A stretch of DNA of 64,000 nucleotides, from positions 1-64,000 of the forward strand of contig CAYPGS010000018.1 in assembly GCA_964410395.1 (NCBI GenBank), written 5' to 3'. The notes under the pieces are model-generated. The model was not told the origin of the DNA. It saw only the letters and a program-made list of their open reading frames with translations, and made no database searches. Both the position numbers and the translations under genes were made by a program. The DNA comes from an uncultured bacterium. Lineage in GTDB: Bacteria > Krumholzibacteriota > Krumholzibacteriia > JACNKJ01. Positions 19,186 to 27,005 of the stretch are shown here, piece after piece. The first letter of the stretch is position 1. Each line of letters opens with the position of its first letter.

Positions 19186-19593
19186 ATGGGCGAATCCCCC
19201 GCACTGGCCATTCTCCTGACCAGCGGGACTCTCGACAAGATCGTTTCCGCATGCTACCTGGCGGCCAGCGGCATCGCCATGGGCCGCCGCGTTGACTTCT
19301 TCCTCTCCTGGGAACCCCTGCTCAGGCTCAACGAGGGCAGTCTCGGCGAAGCTCCCCTTCCCGAAACCACCATGCTGGAAGACGCCGCCGTGCGGGCGGC
19401 CATGGACGGGCAGCCCGGCCCCGACCAGCTGCTCGCCGACCTTCGCGCCTCGGGTCTGAAGATCTACGCCTGCACGGCCACCATGCAGATGCTCGGCCTC
19501 AGCGAGCGCGACCTGGAAGACAAGGTCGACGACTTCAGCGGCGCCACGGCCTTCCTGGCCATGGCAGGCGGCAGCCAGGTGGTCAACTTCTAG
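19186..19593 (+). CDS. DsrE/DsrF-like (YchN-like) family protein, tentative
   Basis: ~135 aa with a DsrE-like fold signature (ILLTSGTLDK..ACYLA..YACTATMQMLG); weak call. Confidence 0.35.
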   Translation: MGESPALAILLTSGTLDKIVSACYLAASGIAMGRRVDFFLSWEPLLRLNEGSLGEAPLPETTMLEDAAVRAAMDGQPGPDQLLADLRASGLKIYACTATMQMLGLSERDLEDKVDDFSGATAFLAMAGGSQVVNF

Positions 19594-20522
19594 CTCGCGT
19601 GCTGTCGGCGGAAGTTGCCGGGCGAGACTCCCCACATTCGCTTGAACACCTTGCTGAACGCGGCTTCCGCCCCGTAGCCCACCCTGGCCGCGATTTCCCC
19701 CAGACTCAGCTTCTCGTTTCTGAGGTGATCGGCCGCAAGCTGCATCCTCCAGCGCGTGATGTACTTGAGGGGAGGCTCCCCGACGAGTTCGCTGAATCGA
19801 CCGGAGAATGCCGACCGACTCATTCCCACCCGCGTGGCGAGTGCATCCACGGTCCAGTTTTCCTGGGGTAGATGATGGATGTAACCCAAGGCTTCGCCGA
19901 TCTTGGGATCCTTGAGCCCCGCCAGCCAATTGGGACCGGTTTCGTCCGAGGCGGGATCGTCCAGGTAGCTGCGGATCACGCGGATGAAGAGGGTCTCGGT
20001 CAGGCGATCGATGAGCACCTCGCTACCGGGACGCGCCGCGCAGGATTCCTCGGCGATGAGGTTCAGCGTCGACTCGAGCCATGGCTGGGCGCGCCCGCCC
20101 TCACCCTTGAGCAGGATCATGGAGGGCAGCACCGCGAGAAGGGGATGCACCTGACTCGGGTCGAAGCGGAAATAGCCACAGATGAGGGTGCAGGCTTCAC
20201 CACCGCCGCCGAAGATCAGTGAGCAGGACTCGCCGCCAGACTGCATGTCCGCGAGCAGATCGCCCAGGGGCTGGGTTGGCGTGCTGGGGTCGTCCACCAG
20301 GTCGTGAGGGGAACCTCCGGGGAGCACGACCATGTCGCCGGCTTCCAGTAGCTGGGTCTCGCGGCCCTCGACCATCAGGTAGCATCGACCCCGGCGGATG
20401 ATGTGGAAGTGGGCAGAGTCGTGCTGAGGCACCTCCATGCCCCAGGGGGCACGGGGCTCGCTGCGACAGAAGAGGCTACCGCTCAGATGGACTGATCTCA
20501 GAACGTCCGATAGCGCATCCAT
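19590..20522 (-). CDS. AraC-family transcriptional regulator with N-terminal cupin domain
   Basis: Cupin segment (HIIRRGRCYLMVEG..GDMVVLPGGSPHDL) and a C-terminal AraC HTH pair (VDALATRVGMSRSAFSGRF.. and LGEIAARVGYGAEAAFSKVFKRMWGVSP). Divergent from the NmrA-like gene. Confidence 0.85.
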   Translation of the reverse strand: MDALSDVLRSVHLSGSLFCRSEPRAPWGMEVPQHDSAHFHIIRRGRCYLMVEGRETQLLEAGDMVVLPGGSPHDLVDDPSTPTQPLGDLLADMQSGGESCSLIFGGGGEACTLICGYFRFDPSQVHPLLAVLPSMILLKGEGGRAQPWLESTLNLIAEESCAARPGSEVLIDRLTETLFIRVIRSYLDDPASDETGPNWLAGLKDPKIGEALGYIHHLPQENWTVDALATRVGMSRSAFSGRFSELVGEPPLKYITRWRMQLAADHLRNEKLSLGEIAARVGYGAEAAFSKVFKRMWGVSPGNFRRQHAS

Positions 20523-20645
20523 TTGTCCGAATACCTCCATCTACATTGGATGATTGGACATGTATTATAGACGAATCACCATTGTTCCGCCAGGGGCTGC
20601 GACGCATATTGGGGAAGGAAATCGAACCCGAACCAAGGAGACACT

Positions 20646-21536
20646 ATGCGCATCGTCGTCACCACCCCCACCGGAAACATCGGATCGAAACTCAGCGAGC
20701 GCCTCCTCGAGGCCGGCCAGGACCTGGTGGTCGTGGCCCGCGACGCTGCCAAGGTCGCGGCCCTGGCCGAGCGTGGCGCAGAAGTCATCGTGGGCAGCCA
20801 CGCTGATCCCGAGATCATGAAGCTAGCGACCCAGGGCGCTGACGCCCTCTTCCTTGTCGCTCCGCCCAACATGGTCAGCGAAGACCTGGTCTCGGAGTAC
20901 AGGAACTACGCCGAAGCGGCGGCCGAGGCCATTCGCGCCAACAAGATCGACCACGTCGTCCACCTCTCCAGCGTTGGAGCGGAAAAGGACGGCGGTACGG
21001 GCCCCATTCTCGGCCTGCACCACAACGAGAAGATTCTGGCCGAGGTCGCCGAGAACATCGTGCAGCTGCGGCCCGGTTACTTCATGGAGAACACCCTCTG
21101 GCAGGCTCAGAGCATCCAGCAGGCGGGCTCCATGTTCACGAGCTTCCAGGATGATACGCCCATCCCCATGATCGCGACGGCCGACATCGCCGAGCGCGCG
21201 GCGGAGCTGCTGACGCGATCGGACTGGGAGGGTGAGAAGATCGTCGAGCTTCAGGGACCGGAAGACATTAGCTACGGCCAGATCGCCGGGATCCTGACCG
21301 AGGTGCTCGAGAAGCCTGTTGCTCACACTACGGTTAGCTCCGAGCAGCTGAAGGAGAGCCTGGCGCAGATGGGAGCGAGTGCGCATATCGGTGACCTGTT
21401 CGTGGAGCTGGCCGAAGGCGTCGAATCGAAGCACGTGGCCTTCCAAGAACCTCGCGGATCCGAGACCCGCACGCCCACGGACTATCGCCAGTTTGCGGAG
21501 ACTGTCTTCAAAATGGTCATGACCGCCAGCGCCTAA
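20646..21536 (+). CDS. NmrA-like NAD(P)-binding family protein
   Basis: Rossmann-type N-terminus MRIVVTTPTGNIGSKLSERLLEAG; NmrA/PCBER-like length; RBS AAGGAGA. Confidence 0.8.
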   Translation: MRIVVTTPTGNIGSKLSERLLEAGQDLVVVARDAAKVAALAERGAEVIVGSHADPEIMKLATQGADALFLVAPPNMVSEDLVSEYRNYAEAAAEAIRANKIDHVVHLSSVGAEKDGGTGPILGLHHNEKILAEVAENIVQLRPGYFMENTLWQAQSIQQAGSMFTSFQDDTPIPMIATADIAERAAELLTRSDWEGEKIVELQGPEDISYGQIAGILTEVLEKPVAHTTVSSEQLKESLAQMGASAHIGDLFVELAEGVESKHVAFQEPRGSETRTPTDYRQFAETVFKMVMTASA

Positions 21537-21544
21537 ACCGAATG

Positions 21545-21575
21545 GAGCCCGCCGCAAGGCGGGCTTTTTCATGTC
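21545..21575 (+). terminator. Rho-independent terminator (AGCCCGCCgcaaGGCGGGCTTTTT)
   Basis: GC hairpin followed by a T-run directly after the NmrA stop. Confidence 0.5.
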
Positions 21576-21648
21576 TCGGCGAAGCTCCCTCCAATATCGT
21601 GCTAGACTGATTGGGTAGACGATCCAGCACTGCAGCGGGGAGGAGGGG

Positions 21649-22647
21649 ATGATGCCGAGATTCGCCTTGCTTGCCCTTTTCGCAATGGCCAACGCCGTCG
21701 GTGTTTCTGCGGGGGATCTCTCGGGGGGACCGGTCCGGCAGGGCGGCGACACCATCGAACAGGCCACGATCATTCCCGGCCTGCCCTTCCACGCCACGGG
21801 CTCCACGGTGGGCTTCGAGAACGACTACGAAGAGGAATGTCCCTGGTCGGGCGGAACTGCGGCCGACGTGGTCTATGTCTATTCGCCCAGCGTGGACGTG
21901 ACCATCGACATCAGCAGCTGCGGCCCCCTCTACGACACCAAGCTCTACGTCTACGAAGATGAGTTCACGCCCGGCGCACCCCTGGCCTGCAATGACGATC
22001 TCGCCGGCTGCCCCGAGCAGCTCTACGTGGCCTGGATTCGCGGGGTCGGGCTAGTGGGCGGGCACGACTACTATATCGTCGTGGACGGCTGGGCGAATCA
22101 CTCGGGCGGCTACTGGCTCCACGTCGTCGAGTCGCCCGTCGGCGAGACCTGCGATCCGACGGACTATCCCGTGCTCCCCTTCTTCGAGGACGAGACGGAC
22201 TGTCACGACGACTACGTGGACGAGTTCAACAGCGGTTGCGAGAGCCCGCTCGAACCCTTCACCCATGTGCCGTCCACTGTGCTTATCGCGGGAAAGAGCG
22301 GAACCTTCAACGGAAACACGAGCATGGATAGCGACTGGTACCAGATCCTCGTCGAACACAGCTCCACCGTGACCTTCCTCGCCTGCGCGGGCTATCCCAT
22401 GACTGTTTGGCTCTTCGAGGGAGGGCCCTCCTGCCCGCCCACCGACGTGCTCAGCCAGGTTGGCGGCGATCCCTTCCTCGTGTTCGGGGATGGCGTCGAT
22501 GTCGAGCCGGGACCCTACTGGTTCGCGGTCCACCCCACCGAGCAATGGGGCACGCCCTGCGGCGCGGACTATCTGCTCTACATCGAGACCCACACTTCTG
22601 CATCCCGGTTGATGGACTGGGGAGCGCTGAAATCCATGTATCGGTAG
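21649..22647 (+). CDS. Secreted protein with two PPC-like (pre-peptidase C-terminal-like) modules and the conserved WGALKSMYR-type C-terminal tail (family member A)
   Basis: Signal peptide MMPRFALLALFAMANAVGVSAG with RBS GGGGAGG. Two DxDWY..V-like modules (HDYYIVVDGW.., DSDWYQILVEHSSTVTF). C-terminus ..TSASRLMDWGALKSMYR. Confidence 0.6.
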   Translation: MMPRFALLALFAMANAVGVSAGDLSGGPVRQGGDTIEQATIIPGLPFHATGSTVGFENDYEEECPWSGGTAADVVYVYSPSVDVTIDISSCGPLYDTKLYVYEDEFTPGAPLACNDDLAGCPEQLYVAWIRGVGLVGGHDYYIVVDGWANHSGGYWLHVVESPVGETCDPTDYPVLPFFEDETDCHDDYVDEFNSGCESPLEPFTHVPSTVLIAGKSGTFNGNTSMDSDWYQILVEHSSTVTFLACAGYPMTVWLFEGGPSCPPTDVLSQVGGDPFLVFGDGVDVEPGPYWFAVHPTEQWGTPCGADYLLYIETHTSASRLMDWGALKSMYR

Positions 22648-22710
22648 CCTAAAGAATATTCGGTCAGGCAATTGCGCTCAAGCCGATCTCCCTGCTACAC
22701 TATTCAAGAT

Positions 22711-22724
22711 TGTACACGTGTACA
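22711..22724. promoter_or_regulatory. Perfect 14-bp palindrome TGTACACGTGTACA just upstream of the RBS of family member B (recurs at ~38810)
   Basis: Self-complementary CACGTG-core palindrome 6 bp upstream of GGGAGG. A 13/14 identical copy lies in the carB to M36 intergenic region. Confidence 0.3.
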
Positions 22725-22736
22725 GGGAGGTGCGGA

Positions 22737-23416
22737 ATGCGGATCCGTTTCGCTGCCATCGGCTTGCTCATTCTTCTCGGCCCGGCCTGGGCCAGACCCT
22801 CACGAAAGATGGATTCATCAATCCCGGCTCGGGGGATCCAAATTGGCGAGATGTTCGAAGCCTGGTCAACGACGGAAGCTTCGAGTTCGGTGAGTGCGAG
22901 TCGGGAAGCGAGTGGACCTGCTGGAGCACAACTAGTTGCGAGTGGATCGTCAACCCGATCGATACGTGGGGTTATCCGGCCTACGATGGAATCAATGCCG
23001 CTTGGTTAGGAGGATTCTGCGATGGAAAGGCCAACAACAACTCCTATTGCCAGGAGTATTTTAACGCCTGCATGCATCTGAACTTCTATTTTTCAAGTTA
23101 CATAAACTCTGGATGCAGCCAGTTCACTATCACGATGCGCGGAAACACAGTCCATTCCAGGACAATGGAATTCGATGACCACAACTATGGAACTTGGGAG
23201 ACCGCGGCTTCCTACTGGGGACTAATCGATATATCAGCCTACATCGGCATGACCTCGGAACTGTGCTTTTTGTGGACCGCGTGCGGGGAAGACACAAACG
23301 GCGACGGCTACCCCGATGAGGACAATGACAACATACTCATCGATTGTATCTACGGTTCTGAGTGCCAGTTGCCAACCGAAGTCTACAGTTTCTCTTTAGT
23401 CAAAACCCTGTACTAA
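22737..23416 (+). pseudogene. Cys-rich secreted protein, family member B (tail ..SFSLVKTLY), disrupted by a 1-nt frameshift just after the signal peptide
   Basis: Signal peptide MRIRFAAIGLLILLGPAWA is in frame 0 (track ORF 22710..23009); the mature body GQTLTKDGF..GSEWTCWSTTSCEW..SFSLVKTLY is in frame 2 (track ORF 22718..23416). Inserting one base near 22791-22796 (GGCCTGGGCC run) yields a perfect AWA|QT cleavage site. ~50% identical to member C. Confidence 0.55.
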
Positions 23417-23441
23417 GATTATCACGATGGAAACCAGTTGT

Positions 23442-23492
23442 ATGACTTCTACAGAGGAGACATCCCATACCATCGTGAAGACTCTGTACTAG
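23442..23492 (+). other. Tail-only gene remnant encoding ..TSHTIVKTLY* (relic of the family C-terminal tail)
   Basis: A 16-codon ORF between members B and C ends in IVKTLY-stop, mirroring LVKTLY of B and AVKSLY of C. Confidence 0.3.
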
Positions 23493-23506
23493 TGTTGGGA
23501 GGAGCA

Positions 23507-24145
23507 ATGAATCCTTCAAAAGCGATTCTAATCCTACTAGTCGTCACGACTTTTCCTACGGCAGCCGCCTCGACTGTGCAACGAGACTGGACCGTCCCCG
23601 ACTACAGCTTCGAGAATGGTCTCTGCGGTGAAGGCAGCGACTGGACCTGCTGGAGCAGCACCGACTGCCAGTGGATCATCGACGCGGAAGATGTCTGGGG
23701 AGTGCCCGCGGTGCATGGCGAGAACGTCGCCTGGCTGGGCGCCTACTGCAACGGCCTCGCCAACAACAACTCCTTCTGCCAGACCCTGTTCATCCCATGC
23801 TTCCAATATGACTTTCACTGGATGGCCTACATCATGGCGGCCTGTGGCACTCTGACCATCACCCTGGACGGCGAGGTCCGTCTTCAGCACACGATGAACG
23901 AGTCCGACCACAGCTACGGCGAATGGCAGAAAGCTTCCGAGACCTGGGGCAGCATAGACACCTCCTACGAGTATGGAGGCTATGCCACCTTCTGCATCGA
24001 GTGGACCGCCTGCGGAGGAGATCTCGACGGCGACGGATGGCCCGACACCCTGAACGACAGCGTGATCATCGATGTGATCCAGGGCGATGGTTGTGAGGTG
24101 CCCGTCCAGACACTGAGCTTCTCGGCGGTCAAAAGCCTCTACTAG
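23507..24145 (+). CDS. Cys-rich secreted protein, family member C (tail ..SFSAVKSLY)
   Basis: RBS GGGAGGAG; signal peptide MNPSKAILILLVVTTFPTAAAS; GSDWTCWSSTDCQW motif shared with B; C-terminus TLSFSAVKSLY. Confidence 0.65.
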   Translation: MNPSKAILILLVVTTFPTAAASTVQRDWTVPDYSFENGLCGEGSDWTCWSSTDCQWIIDAEDVWGVPAVHGENVAWLGAYCNGLANNNSFCQTLFIPCFQYDFHWMAYIMAACGTLTITLDGEVRLQHTMNESDHSYGEWQKASETWGSIDTSYEYGGYATFCIEWTACGGDLDGDGWPDTLNDSVIIDVIQGDGCEVPVQTLSFSAVKSLY

Positions 24146-24149
24146 CCAC

Positions 24150-24182
24150 AAAAAAAGCCCGCCGCTTCTGGCGGGCTCCCGA
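24150..24182. terminator. Bidirectional rho-independent terminator (AAAAAAAGCCCGCCgcttctGGCGGGCTCCC)
   Basis: GC hairpin flanked by an A-run and T-run between the convergent genes C (+) and D (-). Confidence 0.55.
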
Positions 24183-24198
24183 TTCGACTCAAACACAT

Positions 24199-24924
24199 CT
24201 AGCGATACAGCGCCTTGATGGTGCTCCAGTCGGTGCTCTCTGAGGCCGTGGCTTCCTCTTCCACCGAGAAAGCGTCCAGGTGGATCCAGGCCTCGTAGCC
24301 GTCGGCCACCCGCACGGTGAGATAGTCGCCGCCCACCGGCGCCACGAATCCACCGACCACGTGGGTCCAGCCGCCGGTGCCCGAGGCCGCGACGAAGGCC
24401 AGGGTTCCGAAGCTGGCGTCGCTGGCCGAGATGCCCACCTCGACCACGCCGACGTCGGGGTCAAAGTCCAGATTGGACTCGGCGTAGAACTCGATGGTGT
24501 AGGCGGTGCCCGCGACGATGGACGAGGACAGGCCGAAGGAGAAGGCGTCGGTCACGCCGCCCGTGACCGCAGTCCTATGGATGGAGATCTTCGACACGCC
24601 GCTGGCCGGCGCGCTGGCATAGCCGCAGCTGGTGCCGTCGTTCATGACGTCGATCTCGTCCGCGCCGCCGAAGGCGACGATGTCGGACATGCCTGCGGTC
24701 ACGGTCGCATTGGCCAGATTGAAGTTGCAGCCGGCGGCGATGGTGGTGGCTTCGAAGTCGCCGTTCAGGATGATGTTCGAGCGTTCGCTGGAGCTGGGGG
24801 GCGACTCCGCGGGAATCTCGATCTCGGTGCTCTCAAGCGGCGATGAAGTGCCCTCAAACGCGAAGGCCGAAGCGGTCAATCCGAAGAGTGAGAACATGGC
24901 AAACAATACGATCAGTTTCTTCAT
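24199..24924 (-). CDS. Secreted protein, family member D (tail ..STDWSTIKALYR)
   Basis: Signal peptide MKKLIVLFAMFSLFGLTASAFA; body unrelated to B/C/F/G (NGDFE.. beta-sandwich-like); C-terminus ATASESTDWSTIKALYR. Confidence 0.6.
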   Translation of the reverse strand: MKKLIVLFAMFSLFGLTASAFAFEGTSSPLESTEIEIPAESPPSSSERSNIILNGDFEATTIAAGCNFNLANATVTAGMSDIVAFGGADEIDVMNDGTSCGYASAPASGVSKISIHRTAVTGGVTDAFSFGLSSSIVAGTAYTIEFYAESNLDFDPDVGVVEVGISASDASFGTLAFVAASGTGGWTHVVGGFVAPVGGDYLTVRVADGYEAWIHLDAFSVEEEATASESTDWSTIKALYR

Positions 24925-25125
24925 CTTGGACCATCCTTGTTGAGACGGGTGAGGGGAGGATGGTTTCATCCTCGCGAAACAAGGCTAGCAAGGCTATTCG
25001 AAAAGATGAAGAAAATTCGCCATACTTGATTATCGGGCCCATGGGATATCAAGGCCTGAGAAATGAAAGCCGGGCTAAGCCGTTTGAACCGAGGGAAATA
25101 CGTTCGACTCGGATGTGCAGTGGCC

Positions 25126-26010
25126 TCAGTCCACCTCTTCGGCGCCCTTCAGTTCGAAGTAGCGCCCTTCGAAGAAGTATCCCAGCTTGGGCGGACGCCC
25201 GTAGCGCGCCGCAGCGGAGTCGATGGCGCCGAGGATATCCCGCTTGAGATAGCGCCCCGACAGGTGCATGAGCACCAGGTGCTTCACGCCGGCCTCGGCG
25301 GCCGCGCGGAAACTGGCCTCGATGTGGCCGTGGCTCATGCGGCTCTCTTTCATCTCATCAGAGTTCAGAAAGGTCGAATCGATGAGCAGGGTCTCGGCGC
25401 CGCGCAGCTCGGTGACGTCCTCCACCGGCCGCGTGTCCCCGGTATAGACCAGCAGCGGATGCCAGACCGCTTCGAGGACGGCCTCCTTGCCCTTCTCCTG
25501 AACCAGGCGCCGGATCTCGTCGCCGTCCGCGCCCGCGAATTCGGTTTTGGGAGCGTGGCGCTTCTCCTCGATGCGCCAGCCCAGCGCCTGCCATCCCCGG
25601 GTGTGATCCACGGCGAAGGAACGTACGCGGGTGCGGCGTCGGGTGACCTCCACGTCCACCGTCGCCCCGGGGCCGACGGGATGCCAGTCCAGGTCGTAGC
25701 GCAGGCGATGCTTCTGTTTCTTGTCGAGGTACTCGCGGAGGTATCCGATGAAGGGATCGCCCTCGGGATAGTACACCGCGATGGGGATCTCGCGGTCGCC
25801 GTTGCTCAGGTTGCGCAGATTGACCACGCTGGGCAGCCCCGCGATGTGGTCCTCATGGCCATGGGTGAGGAAGACCTTTCGGATGCCGAAGATCTTCTTG
25901 CCCAGGGCCTGGGATATGCCCTCCCCCGCGTCCAGCATGAGCCGGGCGGGCTTGTAGTAGAACCAGGTGGAGTAGAGGGCCTTGGAGTAGCCGGTCAGCG
26001 TGTTCTGCAT
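25126..26010 (-). CDS. MBL-fold metallo-hydrolase (RNase Z/ElaC-like)
   Basis: LTHGHEDHIAGL (HxHxDH) motif and MBL-fold length; downstream His/Asp ligands present. Confidence 0.75.
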   Translation of the reverse strand: MQNTLTGYSKALYSTWFYYKPARLMLDAGEGISQALGKKIFGIRKVFLTHGHEDHIAGLPSVVNLRNLSNGDREIPIAVYYPEGDPFIGYLREYLDKKQKHRLRYDLDWHPVGPGATVDVEVTRRRTRVRSFAVDHTRGWQALGWRIEEKRHAPKTEFAGADGDEIRRLVQEKGKEAVLEAVWHPLLVYTGDTRPVEDVTELRGAETLLIDSTFLNSDEMKESRMSHGHIEASFRAAAEAGVKHLVLMHLSGRYLKRDILGAIDSAAARYGRPPKLGYFFEGRYFELKGAEEVD

Positions 26011-26217
26011 AGGGGCCTACCATAGTTTCCAGCCTACCGGGGCGCAAGGGTCCGACTTGAAGGATTCCGTTCCCTCGACTAAGCGGCAAAATTCAGAAAT
26101 CACAGATAACTCTTTTGTATTCAATCACTTAGGAAAAACTCCGGGTGCCCATGATCGAGCTTGTTTGGTATTATGAAGATTACTCACCCATAGACGATCC
26201 AGCACCATGGAGGCAAC

Positions 26218-26811
26218 ATGCGCACATTGCTCACGGCCCTAATCATCCTCGCCACAAGCAGCTTCGCCGCGGCCGTGGATATCACCATCACACCCCTGGA
26301 GTACGCTCCGGAAGGTCGTTGGTACGAAGGCCCCGAAAGCTTCGAGAACGCCTTCCCCCCTAGCGGGTGGCACCTGAACATCGAGAACTCGTCATACACC
26401 TGGTTCAAGGGCGGAGAGCCGGCCTTCGACGGCGTCCACAGCGCCACCATCTTCGGCGACACCCACGGCAGCTACTCGGACGAGTGGTTGGGCTTCAACT
26501 ACTCCTACACTGCCAACGAGATTCTCACCTTCGCCATGCGTGGCGACCGGACCCTCACCGGCACCTGTTACATGTACATCGGTGAAGATCTGATCCTCGA
26601 CTTCAGCGCAGATTGGCCCCTGAACTGGGACGAATGGGGACTGGTCACCGTGGACCTCGGAACCACGAACTACGTGGGCTTCCCCAACGTGGCATTCGAC
26701 TGGAACTACGTGGGCACCATGGGCCCTACCGTCCGCCTGGACATGGTCGAGATCACGCAGGGCGTCTCGACTGCGGTCGGCGATTGGAGCACGCTGAAGA
26801 CCCTCTACTAG
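26218..26811 (+). CDS. Secreted protein, family member E (tail ..GDWSTLKTLY)
   Basis: RBS GGAGG; signal peptide MRTLLTALIILATSSFAAA; distinct body; C-terminus STAVGDWSTLKTLY. Confidence 0.6.
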   Translation: MRTLLTALIILATSSFAAAVDITITPLEYAPEGRWYEGPESFENAFPPSGWHLNIENSSYTWFKGGEPAFDGVHSATIFGDTHGSYSDEWLGFNYSYTANEILTFAMRGDRTLTGTCYMYIGEDLILDFSADWPLNWDEWGLVTVDLGTTNYVGFPNVAFDWNYVGTMGPTVRLDMVEITQGVSTAVGDWSTLKTLY

Positions 26812-26827
26812 ACCGAGCGGGATTGAC

Positions 26828-26862
26828 GCGCGAGGCCCCCGTCCCGGGCGGGGGCCTTTTTC
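26828..26862 (+). terminator. Rho-independent terminator (GAGGCCCCCGtcccgggCGGGGGCCTTTTT)
   Basis: Perfect GC hairpin plus T-run 17 bp after the stop of member E. Confidence 0.5.
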
Positions 26863-27005
26863 GTGGGCCTCGGGCGGCCTCCGGCCACCTTGACATTGGC
26901 CTAAGGCCTTGTATTATTTGACCCTATCCAAATAAGGATCAACTCACCCTAGCTCGGAGGAGTCCCCGTCCGCGGGTAGGACTCCGCCCCGATCAAGGAG
27001 CCGAA

